Below, piece after piece: positions 25,271-39,153 of a stretch of 64,000 nucleotides of DNA; positions within the stretch are counted from its first letter, which is position 1; every line of letters starts with the position of its first letter. The notes under the pieces are model-generated. The model was not told the DNA's origin. It did not search any database and saw nothing but the letters and a program-made list of their open reading frames with translations. Position numbers and translations under genes: made by a program. Origin of the DNA: Eledone cirrhosa (Eukaryota); assembly GCA_964016885.1 (NCBI GenBank), contig OZ024745.1, positions 52,948,001 to 53,012,000 on the forward strand. Direction: 5' to 3'.

Positions 25271-26007
25271 ACGTCTCAGATTTCCACCCCACAGAACCTT
25301 CATCACGTCTACCAATGCTCGGCTTCACAGTATCTAAGGCATATCAGAACCAAAGCATGTATCACAAAGACCTACTTACAACATTAACCAAACAAACATT
25401 CACTCTTGTCTTAGTAAGAAGCTGATGCAAATGTCCATATCAAAATGCAAATAAAATGATTGTTGTATAAGACAGAAATTAGAAATGAGTGCTGGAATGT
25501 CTTCAGCAGATCTATTTAAATTTAACGCTGAAGCTAATGCAGAATTACAGCCTATGAAAATTGAAGGTTGCTATTGATATTTCCCTGCAGTAGATGACTT
25601 GCCGCAAGGAAGATTGTCCGAAATAAAAATAACAAACACATTACAATAAGAGTCTTAAATAAAGCTTCGGGGCAATGCAGAGATACACACGCCTTGCGAA
25701 TTGTAAAAATTCCCTGGAAAAAAATATAACGGAAATGCAACATCCCATAACTGCAATTTATTAATTTTTTGCTGTTAATCATTCAACGATATTACTGATT
25801 ATTTCAGAGTCGGGTGAGCAAATATGTTGACACATAGTATACGTTATTATAGCGAAATTAAGTCAAAGCTAAGGTTAAGATATATGTGTATATTTCAATG
25901 GTTAACAGATTCTACGAAAATGTAATTATTTTCCTTTTAACACACATCTGCAATCTTGCCTCGAGCAAGTAAAACTCCGAAGCAATAATAATAACAATAA
26001 TAATGAT

Positions 26008-26376
26008 AATGATTTCTACTATAGGCACAAGGCCAGTCATTTTGGGGAGGAGGAAATCGATTAAGGATGAAAGTCAAAGCTAACCTCGGCGGGATTTGAA
26101 CTCAGAACGTAAAAGGCCATTACTCTATGCAGCTAAGCATGTTGACCAATACTATCGATACTGCCAATAATAATTATTTCCAATATAGGCCCAAGACCAG
26201 CAATTTGGGGGAAGGGGAGAGTCGATCGAATCGACCCCATTACATTACTGGTGCTTTATTTTATCGACCTCATAAGGATGAAAGACAAAGCTAAACTCGG
26301 CGGGATTTGAACTCAGAACGTAAAAGGCCATTACTCTATGCCGCTAAGTATGTTGTCTGATACTATCTATACTGCC

Positions 26377-26378
<2 letters not shown>
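26008..26378 (-). mobile_element. Two SINE copies of the longer subfamily within (TAA)n
   Basis: 26008-26168 (internally deleted) and 26169-26378; B box and central domain present. Confidence 0.85.
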
Positions 26379-26407
<29 letters not shown>

Positions 26408-26882
26408 GACTGGAAGTTATGCCAACGTTATGAAAAAAGATGGCAAAGACACACCAGAAAGATATCCGAGAATGACAAAGCAACCATTGTCAGAATATGC
26501 CAATACACATAGACCAAGAGATCAAAGACAACTGACAGGATAATATAGTCAAAGATCACAAAGAAAGAAAATGTCTTCTAATTGATGTATCAACCCCCAT
26601 AGACGACAATTTATCTACCAAGAAAATGGAGAAAGTATGCAAATATTAAGATCTAGTGATAGAAATAATCCGAATGTGGATGATGAAGACAGAAATAATA
26701 CATATTATAGGCGCTCTGGAAATGATTTTAAAAAAACACACTTACAAATACATAACCCAAACCCCAGAACAATGCAAATTTATACAGCATACAATAAAAA
26801 GAAAATCTCTAAAAATTGCACAAACCTAAGCTCGGTAATGCAGAGACGTTGAACAATAAAAACTAAAATAATAATAATAATG
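26408..26882 (+). mobile_element. R4/Dong-like non-LTR 3' end (restriction-like endonuclease), decayed, flanked by (TAA)n
   Basis: Reads ISENDKATI..MPIHIDQEIKDN.QDNIVKDHKERKCLLIDVSTPIDDNLSTKKMEKVCKY.DLVIEIIRMW..IIGAL. Dong-type elements are known to target TAA repeats. Confidence 0.8.
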
Positions 26883-27199
26883 GTTTGGGCAGAATACAAT
26901 GATGGCTATCTATAAGGAAGCTCTTCGCAAGACATAGCAGATACAAACGTGAACCTAACCAGAAAACGAAAAGGAATGTTAGACAAGAACAAATGAACCA
27001 TACCATTATGATATTTTATGTGTGGTTTGTTTCACCAATAAAAATTCCTTTGTTGACATTGGAAACACAGGCAAAAAACTCGACCAGTTGAAAAACAGTC
27101 ACAACACACTGAAGCAGAGAGGTTACAAACCCCGAATAATAAAGACTAAAACAACTATAAAGAGAAAGGTGAAAAACAAAAAGAAAATCGATGCATGTA

Positions 27200-29780
27200 A
27201 ATCACACTAAAAAATATTATTGATTGCTGATAAATTACAAGTGTTAATATTATGAAAGCACATGCGTAACGAAAATGGATAAAAAGAAAACCAATGACAG
27301 ACAAACACAACAGGCACCAAAATTAAAACAAATACGCAGCCTATAATTCTGAAAACGAACAAAAATACGCAGAACAAACTTTAAACTTAATGAGAAAATA
27401 CAAACATCTATGCTTGCAAAAACATACAAATTTAGAAACAGGAAAATCGGTACCTGACACAAATGATGTTATTTTAAATTATGAACCGAACTTTTGCATT
27501 CACGTGCCACAAATATAATTGAAACAAAATAAGTATCCGCGAGACAAATATCTTTCTATTCTATGTGCATATGTTCCAGCAATCCTGTATCCAAAAGTTG
27601 AATATACAACAGTAAACAGCTTTTGGAAGAGAAATAAACGCGATACAAACAAACTAGCAAATTTTGAAAATCTATATTAGAAACAAAAAATATCAGAAAT
27701 TAAAGAGAGCATCTCAAAGAGCATATACATTATGAGAACACGCGAAATGGACACAAAATAACTGAGTAAAATAGAAGTATTGAAAATATATACCATCAAA
27801 TTAGAACCAATTTATCTAAAGCAGATGAAGCAAATAATAAAACGCAAAACCCAAACCCTAAAAGCCATAGGATAAGCTCAACAAACACAGATGCAGGATA
27901 GCACAGCCAAAAGTTCAAATAGAAAGAAATAGGAAGAGAAAGATGTAAATCAGAGAAGTCCAGGAAGCGGAATTCATGACAAAGTGGAGAAAGATGGAAA
28001 TAATCCAATAACTCTAAACAACCGAAAATCACACCATGGAAGAAAGAATACACTTCCCAAAGATGGGAATCAATGGTGAAATAGTAACGATTATAATACA
28101 ATACTGACCTCCTAATGTAAAAATAATCCGGAGAGTTCTGGGGAAAAGTGTCGGCAGCGGGAGAATTATTATGCACCGGATTAGTTGGTTTAACTAACAC
28201 AGAGCAACTGGCAAGACAGTAGAATAGTGGAATCTCTATCACGTAGCTGGAGGACACTGTGAAGTGACAAAATCCCAAATTTCTGGTTAAAATATTTAAC
28301 AAATACACTTGGATTAGTTGCGAAAAGGGTTGTGAGGCGGACAGAGCCCGGCTTACTAAAGTGAAAACCACCTTCATTTCCAAGAATACAGCACACACTA
28401 AACCCTAAAGACCCGTAACATTCATTTCTACAACCTACACAACAGCAAACGCAACAATATCGCAGAAGCTGGCCACAGCCTTGGAAATAATAACCAGTTT
28501 CCAGAAAAAGCTAATATAGCTGTAAAACCAATTAATTGTTTCTATTTTAGGCACAAGGCCAGCAATTACCCAGTACATTACTGGTACTTTATTTTATCGA
28601 CCCCGTAAGGATGAAAGGCAAAGTTAACATCTGCCTGATTTGAACTCAGATCGTAAAGGGACGTAACTATGCTGGAAAGCATGGCGTCAGACCCTCTACC
28701 GATACTGCCAATTCACCGCCCTATGTAAAACCAATTAATAATGCTGTAAAACCAATTAATAATCAACAAAGCTAGGAAACTGCAGAAAAACAAACGAAAC
28801 TTTCAATGTCGTGGATTGCTTCCCAGAAACTGACAGTATTCCACATGCTGAACACACTAGCCATAAAAAATACCAAACATGCACCGAGGAAGTGGCAAAG
28901 TATTCTGAAGATACAAATAAAACATGGGTTTCTAAAAACTGAGTCCATACCATTTAACAATGAGTTATTTCAAGGATGCTCCCTTTCATTTCTCCGTATC
29001 TGTCTAGAACTGGCACTATATTATCTGAGATACTCAACAGTGCTGAACTTGGTTATAAATGCGACGGTCTAAATATGAATGCTCCACTGTAAGACATCTT
29101 CAAACATTACATTCACAAAAGAAACACATGAAGTTTAAGCCATATCAACAATGAAAAAGGTAAATTCCTAATAGTTTGCTATATAAAGAAACTGAGATAA
29201 GAGAATAAGATCAAACATAGACATACACACATTTAGGAATACATTAACTAGACGGGATTCAATACACAGGCCAACGTAAACAAGAGGAATGATTACTATG
29301 GATGGATTAGATTACTACTTAAGTGAAAGCTAATTTCAATGAATAAGCTAATAGGAATCAATCATCTAACGCAACCAGTAATAAGCTACAGTTTCAACAT
29401 TCCGAACTCCACACTAAACAATGTGCTGGTCTAGTCAGAAAAACAAAAAAAGATAATGATTTATTAAGAATAAACCACACACAGTCAGATGTAAGATTAT
29501 AGCAACCAAGAACACAAGGAGGTAGATCCTTCCACAGCTAGAAAACTGTTATAATATAAACAGTGTAGGCCTACAAAAATATCTAGTGAATGTTAATAAA
29601 ATAGCCACGACACATGAACAAAACCAAAACTTGTTTCCTGTATCCATGGCAGCCAACATAAGGTTATTTGACAGACAATTATGAGGAAAATAAGAACACA
29701 TAAGAAAAAGCAAGAGAAATTGCGAGAAAGATAAAATCTAAATTGAAAATATATCTCCAGAATGCTATGCTAAAACGATG
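27200..29780 (+). mobile_element. Highly decayed R4/Dong-like RT region
   Basis: Remnant motifs FWGKV, IPNFWLK, WI..QK..DSIPH, (G)LFQGCSLS; many stops; boundaries approximate. Confidence 0.6.
28533..28720 (-). mobile_element. tRNA-derived SINE nested in the R4-like element
   Basis: Same family; TSD TGTAAAACCAATTAAT. Confidence 0.9.
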
Positions 29781-31227
29781 CGTGAATTTTGACATGATTT
29801 ATATTCCCATATTTGTAGGATGCTGTTATATTAAGGATTGAACCCTTATAGCAAATAGTAGTAGCGCTGGTGGTCGTGTTAGTAATATATATCTATAAGG
29901 TAGCATGATTACGTGTCACTCCCATAAGGCATCAATATAACCAATTATATAACCAAATATAAACGTTGGGCAATAGAGATATATCGAATGTGGATATTAA
30001 AGAAATGCATAAATATCCTTTATATTGTGCGTATTTTGTAACAATAAAACAGACAAATCTATTAGTAAAACACTAGAACCGATACAGAGACATAACTATT
30101 AAGGTATGATATCAATTGGACACATATTACTTAAAATTACACTTAACTAACATTTTTAAAAAATTTAAAATAAAAGGCTGCTTATACCCAAGGCAGACAT
30201 CGCTGTGCACTTCAATGTAGTAAAATCCTGCTACCACAATAAAACTAATGGAAGGAGAAGACACTTTGGTCTGAATAATGCAGACATACCTTTTTAGCAA
30301 CCCTGAAATTGTCCATTAACCTCGATGGAATAACTAAAAAGTGAAAAGCAAAAATATGAGTAAAACGTGTTGATGGATATTACCGTGCAAGGAAAGCATT
30401 AAGTAGATTTTTTTAGATTTTATTCCTCTGGTTTCTAAGCTGTGTATTGCTTTCATTGTCATACAGTTACTGACTGTCGGCATTTATATAATTTAATACA
30501 AGCCTACGCATATAACCGGTAACCAAAATCTGTATTAAACCAAACATATCAAAGAATAGAGGAAAATATTTCTTATACCATATAATTAATATCGAAATCG
30601 AACCTTTAGTTCGATGGAGATAATGCTCAGATATCTGATTGAGGACAGTATAGTAATTTCTCATCACGAGAAAGGAATGAATCTGTACACAATTTAAACT
30701 ACAATCTATAAAACAGGACCTGCTATAAGAATTTGAAAATAAAACCTAAAAGGCATCAATGAATCCAATGGACATAAAGTGTATAACGTGTTCATAGATT
30801 ACTACGATAATGCAGTCTATGTTGGATTAGCACAATATACCGCTATCATAACGAAAGCCACATTGGTCTAAAAGAAACTGAGTATAGACCATATTAAGTA
30901 TATGTGTATATATATAAATTAATAAAAATAATGAATAAAAACAAAGAAACAGTTCCTTATATTAAAAAATTCATCATTTTACGATCGTTTCTAGGATATA
31001 TATGTTTGTGTTGGTATGTATATCATATAGATCTATGTAAATTTTTTACAAACTATCAGAGGGAATATACATACCTACACATATATATGCCGTCTTCAGA
31101 AATAATGATATTTGTTTATTGAAAAAACCCAACAAAGATTTAATATAATAGCTCTGTTTGGGAACAGGTTTTGAATTGACCAATAGAAAGGTAGTAAGTG
31201 GTCAGGATGTATATATATATATATATA

Positions 31228-31470
31228 TAACGAAGGAAATGTGGTAAGGAACCAGATGGACCATAACGCACCAAAGTACTCAATACTTAGGGTAGTAGAG
31301 TGGGTAATAGGAACGAGTATGACCCCGACGGCTGAGCTCAAGCCGTTTCGACGGCTAATTCTGGACTAAATAAGAATCTTTAGCCTGGTACATACAGGCT
31401 AAAGATTCTTATTTAGTCCAGTATTAGCCGTCGAAACGGCTTGAGCTCTGCCGTCTGGGTCATACTTGTT

Positions 31471-31474
<4 letters not shown>
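31228..31474. mobile_element. HHR family A palindromic insertion
   Basis: Same two termini as 4683-4893, with a longer central hairpin (TAAGAATCTTTAGCCTG-GTACATA-CAGGCTAAAGATTCTTA). Confidence 0.85.
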
Positions 31475-31520
<46 letters not shown>

Positions 31521-31644
31521 TTTTTCCCCTTAAAAATCGTTATTCTCTTTTTTTGTCATTTCTTTGTTAATTTTCTTAAGTTTATATATATGTATATATA
31601 TACATATATATATATAAATAAACACATACATACATACATACATT

Positions 31645-31678
<34 letters not shown>

Positions 31679-34402
31679 TATCATAGATTGAGTTACAAAC
31701 TCAAAATAGTCTTTTACAATTAAATAGCTCAAAGAAGGGAATCTTTCCGAGCCGTGTAATATAAATGCTGTGTTCATCCCTCTCATATATCCAATTGTAT
31801 ATATATATATATAAGCAAAAGATACATAACATATAACCACAACTCATTTATACAAAGAATTCACAATAAAATTTCAAATGAAGATTATAAGGCAACTAAA
31901 ATAGAATTCTTTTAAATCTATTAACCATGAATAAACCATCGACAAAATAAACACATCTAACTATGGTAAAGATATGTGGGCACAATGATTTGAAGTTGGA
32001 TTTGTTAAACATGAAAATACTTCCAGGTGGAAATAATTTTAGAATTATAATCAATAGATTTTATTTCAGACAAACGAAATACCTTCTAAAAGATAGAATA
32101 TTATGATAAAGCGGCAATAATATTTCAAAATGCACATTGGCCCATCATAGACATACACGAAATAGATTAAATCTTCAATATCATGAAAATGAATCATCTA
32201 AAGCAAAGTAGCTACCGCCTCAATATGTTTATTATATGACAGTTATTGAATATGAACATGAGAAGAAAGATGAAACAAGTAAGAAATTATATATGATTCC
32301 CTAATGAGATCAGCATACAATAAAATAAGAAAGACAAATATTACTGAAATGTAATTTAACAATGAATAAACCGAAATCAAAGAGATTCTAAGGTAAGCGG
32401 TTCTAGTTTAATCACCAAAAATATGTTTCTATAGAATAAAAACCATGTTTACTTTTAACATACAAAAATTTACCATGAGGTTAGTAAAATAGAGTTAGAA
32501 AATAATGTAATGATAACAGAAATAGATTCATAAATATTCTATAGAAAATATGGATAACAGATGCATATCAGGGATGAGAAAAATGTTATCAACCATCGCA
32601 ACATTAGAAAATATTAGAAAGAAATTATTCTTGACGTAAAATTACAATACAATATACAAGTAGTAGGAACATTCCTGGAAATGGTTGAAATATCACATTT
32701 ATAATCCGCAAAGGGCTTGCAAATATATTCGATGATTTACTAAAAACTGAAAAACATATTTGTATAACCGACCGAACGGAAACTTATTCTTACTTTCACA
32801 TATTAGCGTACAGCCCAAAGAGTATATAGCTCCTCCCAAAAATATAAATATTTTACATCAGGCTAGTTCCAGAAGTGAGGTGCTTACATGTAGAAAATAA
32901 GCCTACTTTCAGGTTAATTAGCAGTAGCACTGACGTAGTGTGGTTCATAATAGAGCCGTATGTGAAGGCATATAAGTTAGTTTAGGTATAATAAACATAC
33001 TAATCTCTGTATTTTAACCTCTGATCATGTTATTGTTATCTCAGTACCTATGTGAGTATATTAGACCGGTGTTTCTGGATTTTTATCATTCATCGCGGGC
33101 ATTTACTTACACGGGCTAGTGATGCGATTGTGTTGTATGCATGACAATGCCAAAGAGTAGCTTGCAAGATGCCATGCTCATGAACGTAAGTCATTGTATT
33201 AGATGGTAGAATAGAAATAAACAAATTGACTAAATAGAGAACACCATATAGTTAATAACCATTATTTTAGTTAATTGACAACATATATAAATAAATTTCA
33301 TACACGCATTAGATTTTATACTTAAAACGGAAAAATAAATATATATGTATCAGGAAATTTGAGTAATAATTTCCAGTAAACTTCGCGACTAGAATTTAAA
33401 TGAATGTTCAAGATTAGATAGTAATATGAGAAATATAATGACAGGTTTTAAAAAGAACCATACAAACGGTGAGAGAGAAAACTTATGTTTACTAAGAAAT
33501 CTTTGCAAAAGGACTGTCCTAATATTACAAGTTTATCAATAAATATCTACTGAAAACACAAATATGCAGGAAACAATTAAAAAACGATTATTACTGCAGG
33601 GTATGAAATGGAAACCCGTCTATGATCTGAATATAAAAATATCCTATCAATACATCAAAAATAAGTTGGTATAGAATTATAGAGACATGCGAGGAAGAGT
33701 AACAGTAGAAAACAATACATAAAACTGATGAAACCAAAATTAAATATTGTGTCAACAAAATGGTATACTTAAACCGGGACACAAAAACCACATCTATAAG
33801 TTCACCACTCAGGATGTCTCGACAAATGGAACACTGTCTACCGGCTGAAAGTTCTGAATACAAATTAGTAAGGCTGCAACAGAAACAATTAATTATAGTG
33901 GATATAAATCTTTCTCGCCAGAAATAAAATATAAAAATAACTCTTGAATATGAAGTGGCACTAAAATCTCGAAATAATCATATTGAATTCGATTGTTTTC
34001 CTTAGTAATACTACATAGATAAGTATATGTGACAGGGATGTCAGTTTCATACGCAAGTATATGGGCCAGTAATGTAGTATGCCAGCATATGAGAAGTAAA
34101 CACTGCGAGAAGATGGTTTAGAACGTAAGTGTATTCTGCATCACGTCATTTCATATACCATATATCATAAACTAGATTTTCAAAGTGCACCATAACGTAA
34201 AATATCGCATAATAGATATTTCAATCCGACCAGCAACAGTCGATCTAAAACTGTCAAAATATAATGAACCGGATATAAAGGGTAGTAATATGAAGATAGA
34301 TATAAACCTTGTAAGCCACGAAAATAATAGAACGGTGTGCAGACAAATACATATTAGCCAACAGCTCACTAATTGCATACAACCACATCATAACCTGTAT
34401 AG

Positions 34403-34433
<31 letters not shown>

Positions 34434-34505
34434 AGTGTGTGTGTGTGCATGTCTTTGTCTTTCTCTCCCCCCTCTCTCACTCTGCCTCTCCCTATGTATA
34501 TCTAT

Positions 34506-35618
34506 AGGACTATTTTTATCATATGTAACCCATGTGCAACCACGCAGTATTCTTCTTTCTTCTCATGTTTTTTATATATATTTACCTTGGCTGCGTTTGT
34601 CTGTTTCTCTCTTACTGCTTCCCCGTTCTCTCTGTTTCTCTCGCCTTCTTTCACCCCCTCTGTCAGTTACACTTTCTCTCGGCTGACCACTTCCTCGCAC
34701 TTCCACTCACTCACTCTATGTTTCTCCCCTTCTCACTTCCTCCCGTTTGGCTACAGTGGGTCTCTTCTTGCTTATATCTCACTCACATCGGACGTCTGTA
34801 CCTTTCGCTCATGAAATCCACCCAGTTTATGCTGACCAGGACTACCATGTTACTTGTTTTTTTTCCTTTCTTTGGTTTGCTTTTATCCTTCTATGTTGTT
34901 CACTTGTCCCCCTCGCTTTACGCGATTTACTGGTCCCAATAACTTTTTTTAGTTATTGCTCGCACCAACCTGGGGTATATGATTTTTAATGCGATGAAAT
35001 ATCAATGATGGTTGGAAAATCACTGACGAAGGACTATTTTTATCATATGTAACCCATGTACAACCACGAAGTATTCTTCTTTCTTCTCATGCTTTTATAT
35101 ATATTTATCTCGGCTGCGTTTGTCTGTTTCTCTCTTACTGCTTCCCCGTTCTCTCTGTTTCTCTCACCTTCTTTCGCCCCCTCTATCAGTTACACTTTCT
35201 CTCGACTGACCACTTCCTCGCACTTCCACTCACTCACTCTCTGTTTCTCCCCTTCTCACTTCCTCCCGTTTGGCTTACAGTGGGTCTCTTCTTGCTTACA
35301 TCTCACCCACGTCGGACGTCTGTACCTTTCGCTCATGAAATCCACCCAGCTTATGCTGACCAGGACTACCATGTTGCTTGTTTTTTTTCCTTTCTTTGGT
35401 TTGCTTTTATCCTTCTATGTTGTTCACTTGTCCCCCTCGCTTTACGCGATTTACTGGTCCCAATAACTTTGTTTAGTTATCGCTCGCACCAACCTGAGGT
35501 ATATGATTTTTAATGCGATGAAATACCAATGAAGGTTGGAAAATCACTGACGAAGGACTATTTTTATCATATTTAACCCATGTGCAACCACGCAGTATTC
35601 TTCTTTCTTCTCATGTTT
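34506..35618 (+). repeat. 524-bp tandem repeat, ~2.1 copies, between TA-rich flanks
   Basis: AGGACTATTTTTATCATAT starts at 34506, 35030 and 35554. Confidence 0.95.
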
Positions 35619-35648
35619 ATTTATATATATATATATATAGGTATATAT

Positions 35649-36455
35649 ATACAAGTTATATATTAATATATATGATAAACACAAAACGTGTTTGTATTGT
35701 AAGAGACAAAGTTAGCTCTTATGAAATAAATTAGTTTATTTCATGCTAGCTAACTTTGTCTCTTACAATACAAACACGTTTTGTGTTTATCATATATATT
35801 AATATATAACTTGTATTTCACTGCTCAGAAATGCCTCTTTCTTTGAGCTGATTAATTGTAAACAACTATGAGTTTAATCTCTAAATATAATATAGTATAT
35901 TGCTCCTTAACTGTAGAGCTGATCTTTAATCCGTATAAACGGCTGTTATTTCTAGCACCGGGAATACGGGGTGGCTAGTATAGCTGGTTACACCACGTGT
36001 AATCAGACCTGCAAAGTTTTTGAAGGTGGAATGTACTAATTTTACTGGATTCCTATTGATAAGCACAGAAGATTTGGATATTTCACTTTTTATTTCAATT
36101 CCATTTCAATTCTCTTTATTTTTCAATTCATGTACCATCGTTGCGAAACATATTTGGGTTACGAAGTTCAAATTCATCTACGGAGCGGGTTTGGATTTTG
36201 AAATTTAAATCTGTCCAGGAATCACGGCTTTTGCCAATATAAGCTTGTCTTTATTGACTTATATCGAGACAGACAAATTGTATTCACTTTAATTAGTTTA
36301 TTTCATGCTAGCTAACTTTGTCTCTTACAATACAAACACGTTTTGTGTTTATCATATATATTAATATATAACTTGTATTTCTCTTCTCAGAAATGCCTCT
36401 TTCTTTGAGCTGATTAATTGTAAACGACTATGAGGTTAATCTCTAAATATAATAT

Positions 36456-36457
<2 letters not shown>
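35649..36457. mobile_element. Inverted arm plus 1.3-mer (562-bp unit) insertion in (TA)n
   Basis: Inverted repeat 35649-35730 / 35735-35816; direct repeat 35729-35895 / 36291-36457. Confidence 0.85.
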
Positions 36458-36508
<51 letters not shown>

Positions 36509-36567
36509 TATACATTTTATTTATTAATATATATTTATTAAATATATATATATTATAATATATTTAT

Positions 36568-36648
<81 letters not shown>

Positions 36649-36687
36649 TATATATTTATATATATATATATATATATAATATATATA

Positions 36688-36726
<39 letters not shown>

Positions 36727-36732
36727 TATATT

Positions 36733-36767
<35 letters not shown>

Positions 36768-36844
36768 ATATATTTATATATAATATATATGTATTTATAT
36801 ATAATATATATATATTTATATAAATACATATATATATATATATA

Positions 36845-37197
36845 TACGATATTAAACAAATGGAAACTATATTTATAAAACCATATTTATTTTATTATAC
36901 ATATTTCAGGGATACCATATTAAAAATATGGCATGCCTTCTTCAGATAAAATACAATATATAAGCAGTTTTATAAATAAATTTGACGTACCATAAATATT
37001 GATCAACTTCCATGTAAGAAGGCATGCCATATTTTTAATATGGTATCCCTGAAATACGTATAATGAAATAAATATGGTTTTATAAATATAGTTTCCATTT
37101 GTTTAATATCGTATATCTACTCCAAAATTTGTTGAGTGCTTTATATCAGTTATAAAATATTTACTTGTTGTAACCCAACAATTTTAAATAAAACTTT

Positions 37198-37201
<4 letters not shown>
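36845..37201. mobile_element. HHR family B palindromic insertion
   Basis: Minus arm has a full CTGAAGA...GAAA HHR (36884-36958). The plus arm is truncated in the core, keeps loop III ACGT and carries the tail. Confidence 0.85.
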
Positions 37202-37260
<59 letters not shown>

Positions 37261-37303
37261 TTATATATATATATATGTATATATATATAAATATTTATAT
37301 CTA

Positions 37304-37599
37304 TTAACTGCTGTTACTTTACGGATCTTTAGTGAAATATATTTCTTTAATGAAACATATACAAGGAGGATTAATCATTTTTTTAAATGTAATATTTGTC
37401 GCTAGCTTGTTGTTAGTAGTTTTAGAATTGCAGCACGTGCTACGGGTCTCTCGTAGATTTGTATTTGATGCGTAAACACAGGCGGTTATTTCTTCTTCCT
37501 TGATTTAACTGTTGTGACTTTACGGATTTTTAGTGAAATATATTTGTTTAATGAAATATGTACAAGGAGGATTAATCATTTTTTAAAAGGTAATATTTG
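37304..37599 (+). repeat. ~95-bp direct repeat, period 201 bp
   Basis: TTAACTG..ACTTTACGGAT..TTAGTGAAATATATTT..ACAAGGAGGATTAATCATTTTT..GTAATATTTG at 37304 and 37505. Confidence 0.85.
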
Positions 37600-38018
37600 A
37601 AGATCCAGTTAAACTTTAATTAGTTACCTACCTAGCTGGATGTGTTTACACACTTTACAAATTATCCCCTGTGATTGTTTCATGTGTTTATTTTAAATAT
37701 ATATATATATATCAATTTCTAGTTGATATATTTATATATATATATATCCACTGAGAAGATTTGGTCAGTAATTATACCGTGACATATTCAATAACATAAA
37801 ATCTACGAGAATGATGATGTTGGTGTTTGGGGTCCTTATAGCTTGGTCGGTTCAAGAAAGAGATTAAAAGTTTATCAATTGCCTTGTTTCCAGTGTTGTG
37901 ATTGCTGGTACCCTGGTGCGTATGATTCTCTATACGGTATTATTATTCTTAAATACGACGTTTATATTCATACATCTTCAACTATTGAGACAGAAGGCGT
38001 TAAAATTACCAATTTACT

Positions 38019-38054
<36 letters not shown>

Positions 38055-38771
38055 TCTGACCTGAATCTATTTGGGCGTCAGCAGCGTTTGTATATCTGTA
38101 GTAATCACTCGACATCTATTAACTGTTATGCCGGGACTCGCCACCATCTCAGATTATGCGAGAAAAAAGATAACATGCCATTTGTTAAAGGGTCTTCAAT
38201 ATCATTTACTCGTATTGCTTTTTGTCATATATTGGTTGTTCGCGTATAATTAGGCGTGATACGCATGTGCCATCTTAATTTGTTTCCAGTTTAAACACTT
38301 TTAATATAATTAATATGTAACTTCTTGGTTCTTCCTAATAGACATGGCTACTCACATTTGATCTTTTCAGGGCGCAGAGAAACGTTTGTAACTTTGGAAA
38401 AGCCAAAATAAATCACTTTCTACAGTGCTGGTACTTACGGGATTGCTTCAAATAAAAAAGGTTACAGTTTCTTTTTCTAATGTTTTCCTTGTTATATATT
38501 GCTGACAAACAATTATTATTTTGGCTAGGTGGCAATAGATGAACTATGTGAATACTGCTAACAAATGACATGGTCAAACCAGAAACCTCATAAATAAACA
38601 AACATAAACATAAATAAATCCCTAAACTACACTCTTTACCCACATGTGTGCGTGTACCTCAGTAGTATTTTCGCATACGGTGTATTGCAGTGAGAGAATA
38701 AAGTTACAATGCGTGAGTTAGCAGATACACATATAATCGTTGGAAAATCTGACTATATGGTATGATTTACT

Positions 38772-39153
38772 TGGATTGGCAGTATCGGTAGAGAGTCGGA
38801 CGCATGCTTTCCAGCATAATTACGTCCCTTTACGGTCTGAGTTCAAATCCCGCCGAGGTTAACTTTGCCTTTCATCCTTACGGGGTCGATAAAATAAAGT
38901 ACCAGTAATGTACTGGGTAATTACTGGCCTTGTGCCAAAAGTAGAAACAATTATGTATAAAGGGGTGGTGGATTGGTAGTATCGGTAGAGGGTCGGTTGC
39001 CATGCTTTCCAACATAGTTACGTCCCTTTGCGGTTTGAGTTCAAATCACGTCGAGGTTAACTTTACCTTTCATCCTTATGGGATCGATAAAATAAAGTAC
39101 CGGTAATGTACTGGGTTATTTGCTGGCCTTGTGCCAAAAGTAGAAACAATTAT
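38772..39153 (+). mobile_element. Two tandem SINE copies (38772-38953, 38963-39153)
   Basis: Same family, with A and B boxes. Confidence 0.9.

Noticed and set aside
27796-28398. 200-aa minus-strand ORF
   Set aside because: Antisense shadow of the A-rich decayed R4-like element.
31660-32800. Possible decayed PLE RT on the minus strand (GGSYFA...FVYVYDG)
   Set aside because: Too degenerate to call without a profile search.
34185-35513. Repeated hydrophobic ORFs of 136-209 aa
   Set aside because: A by-product of the CT-rich 524-bp tandem unit, with frames not conserved between copies.
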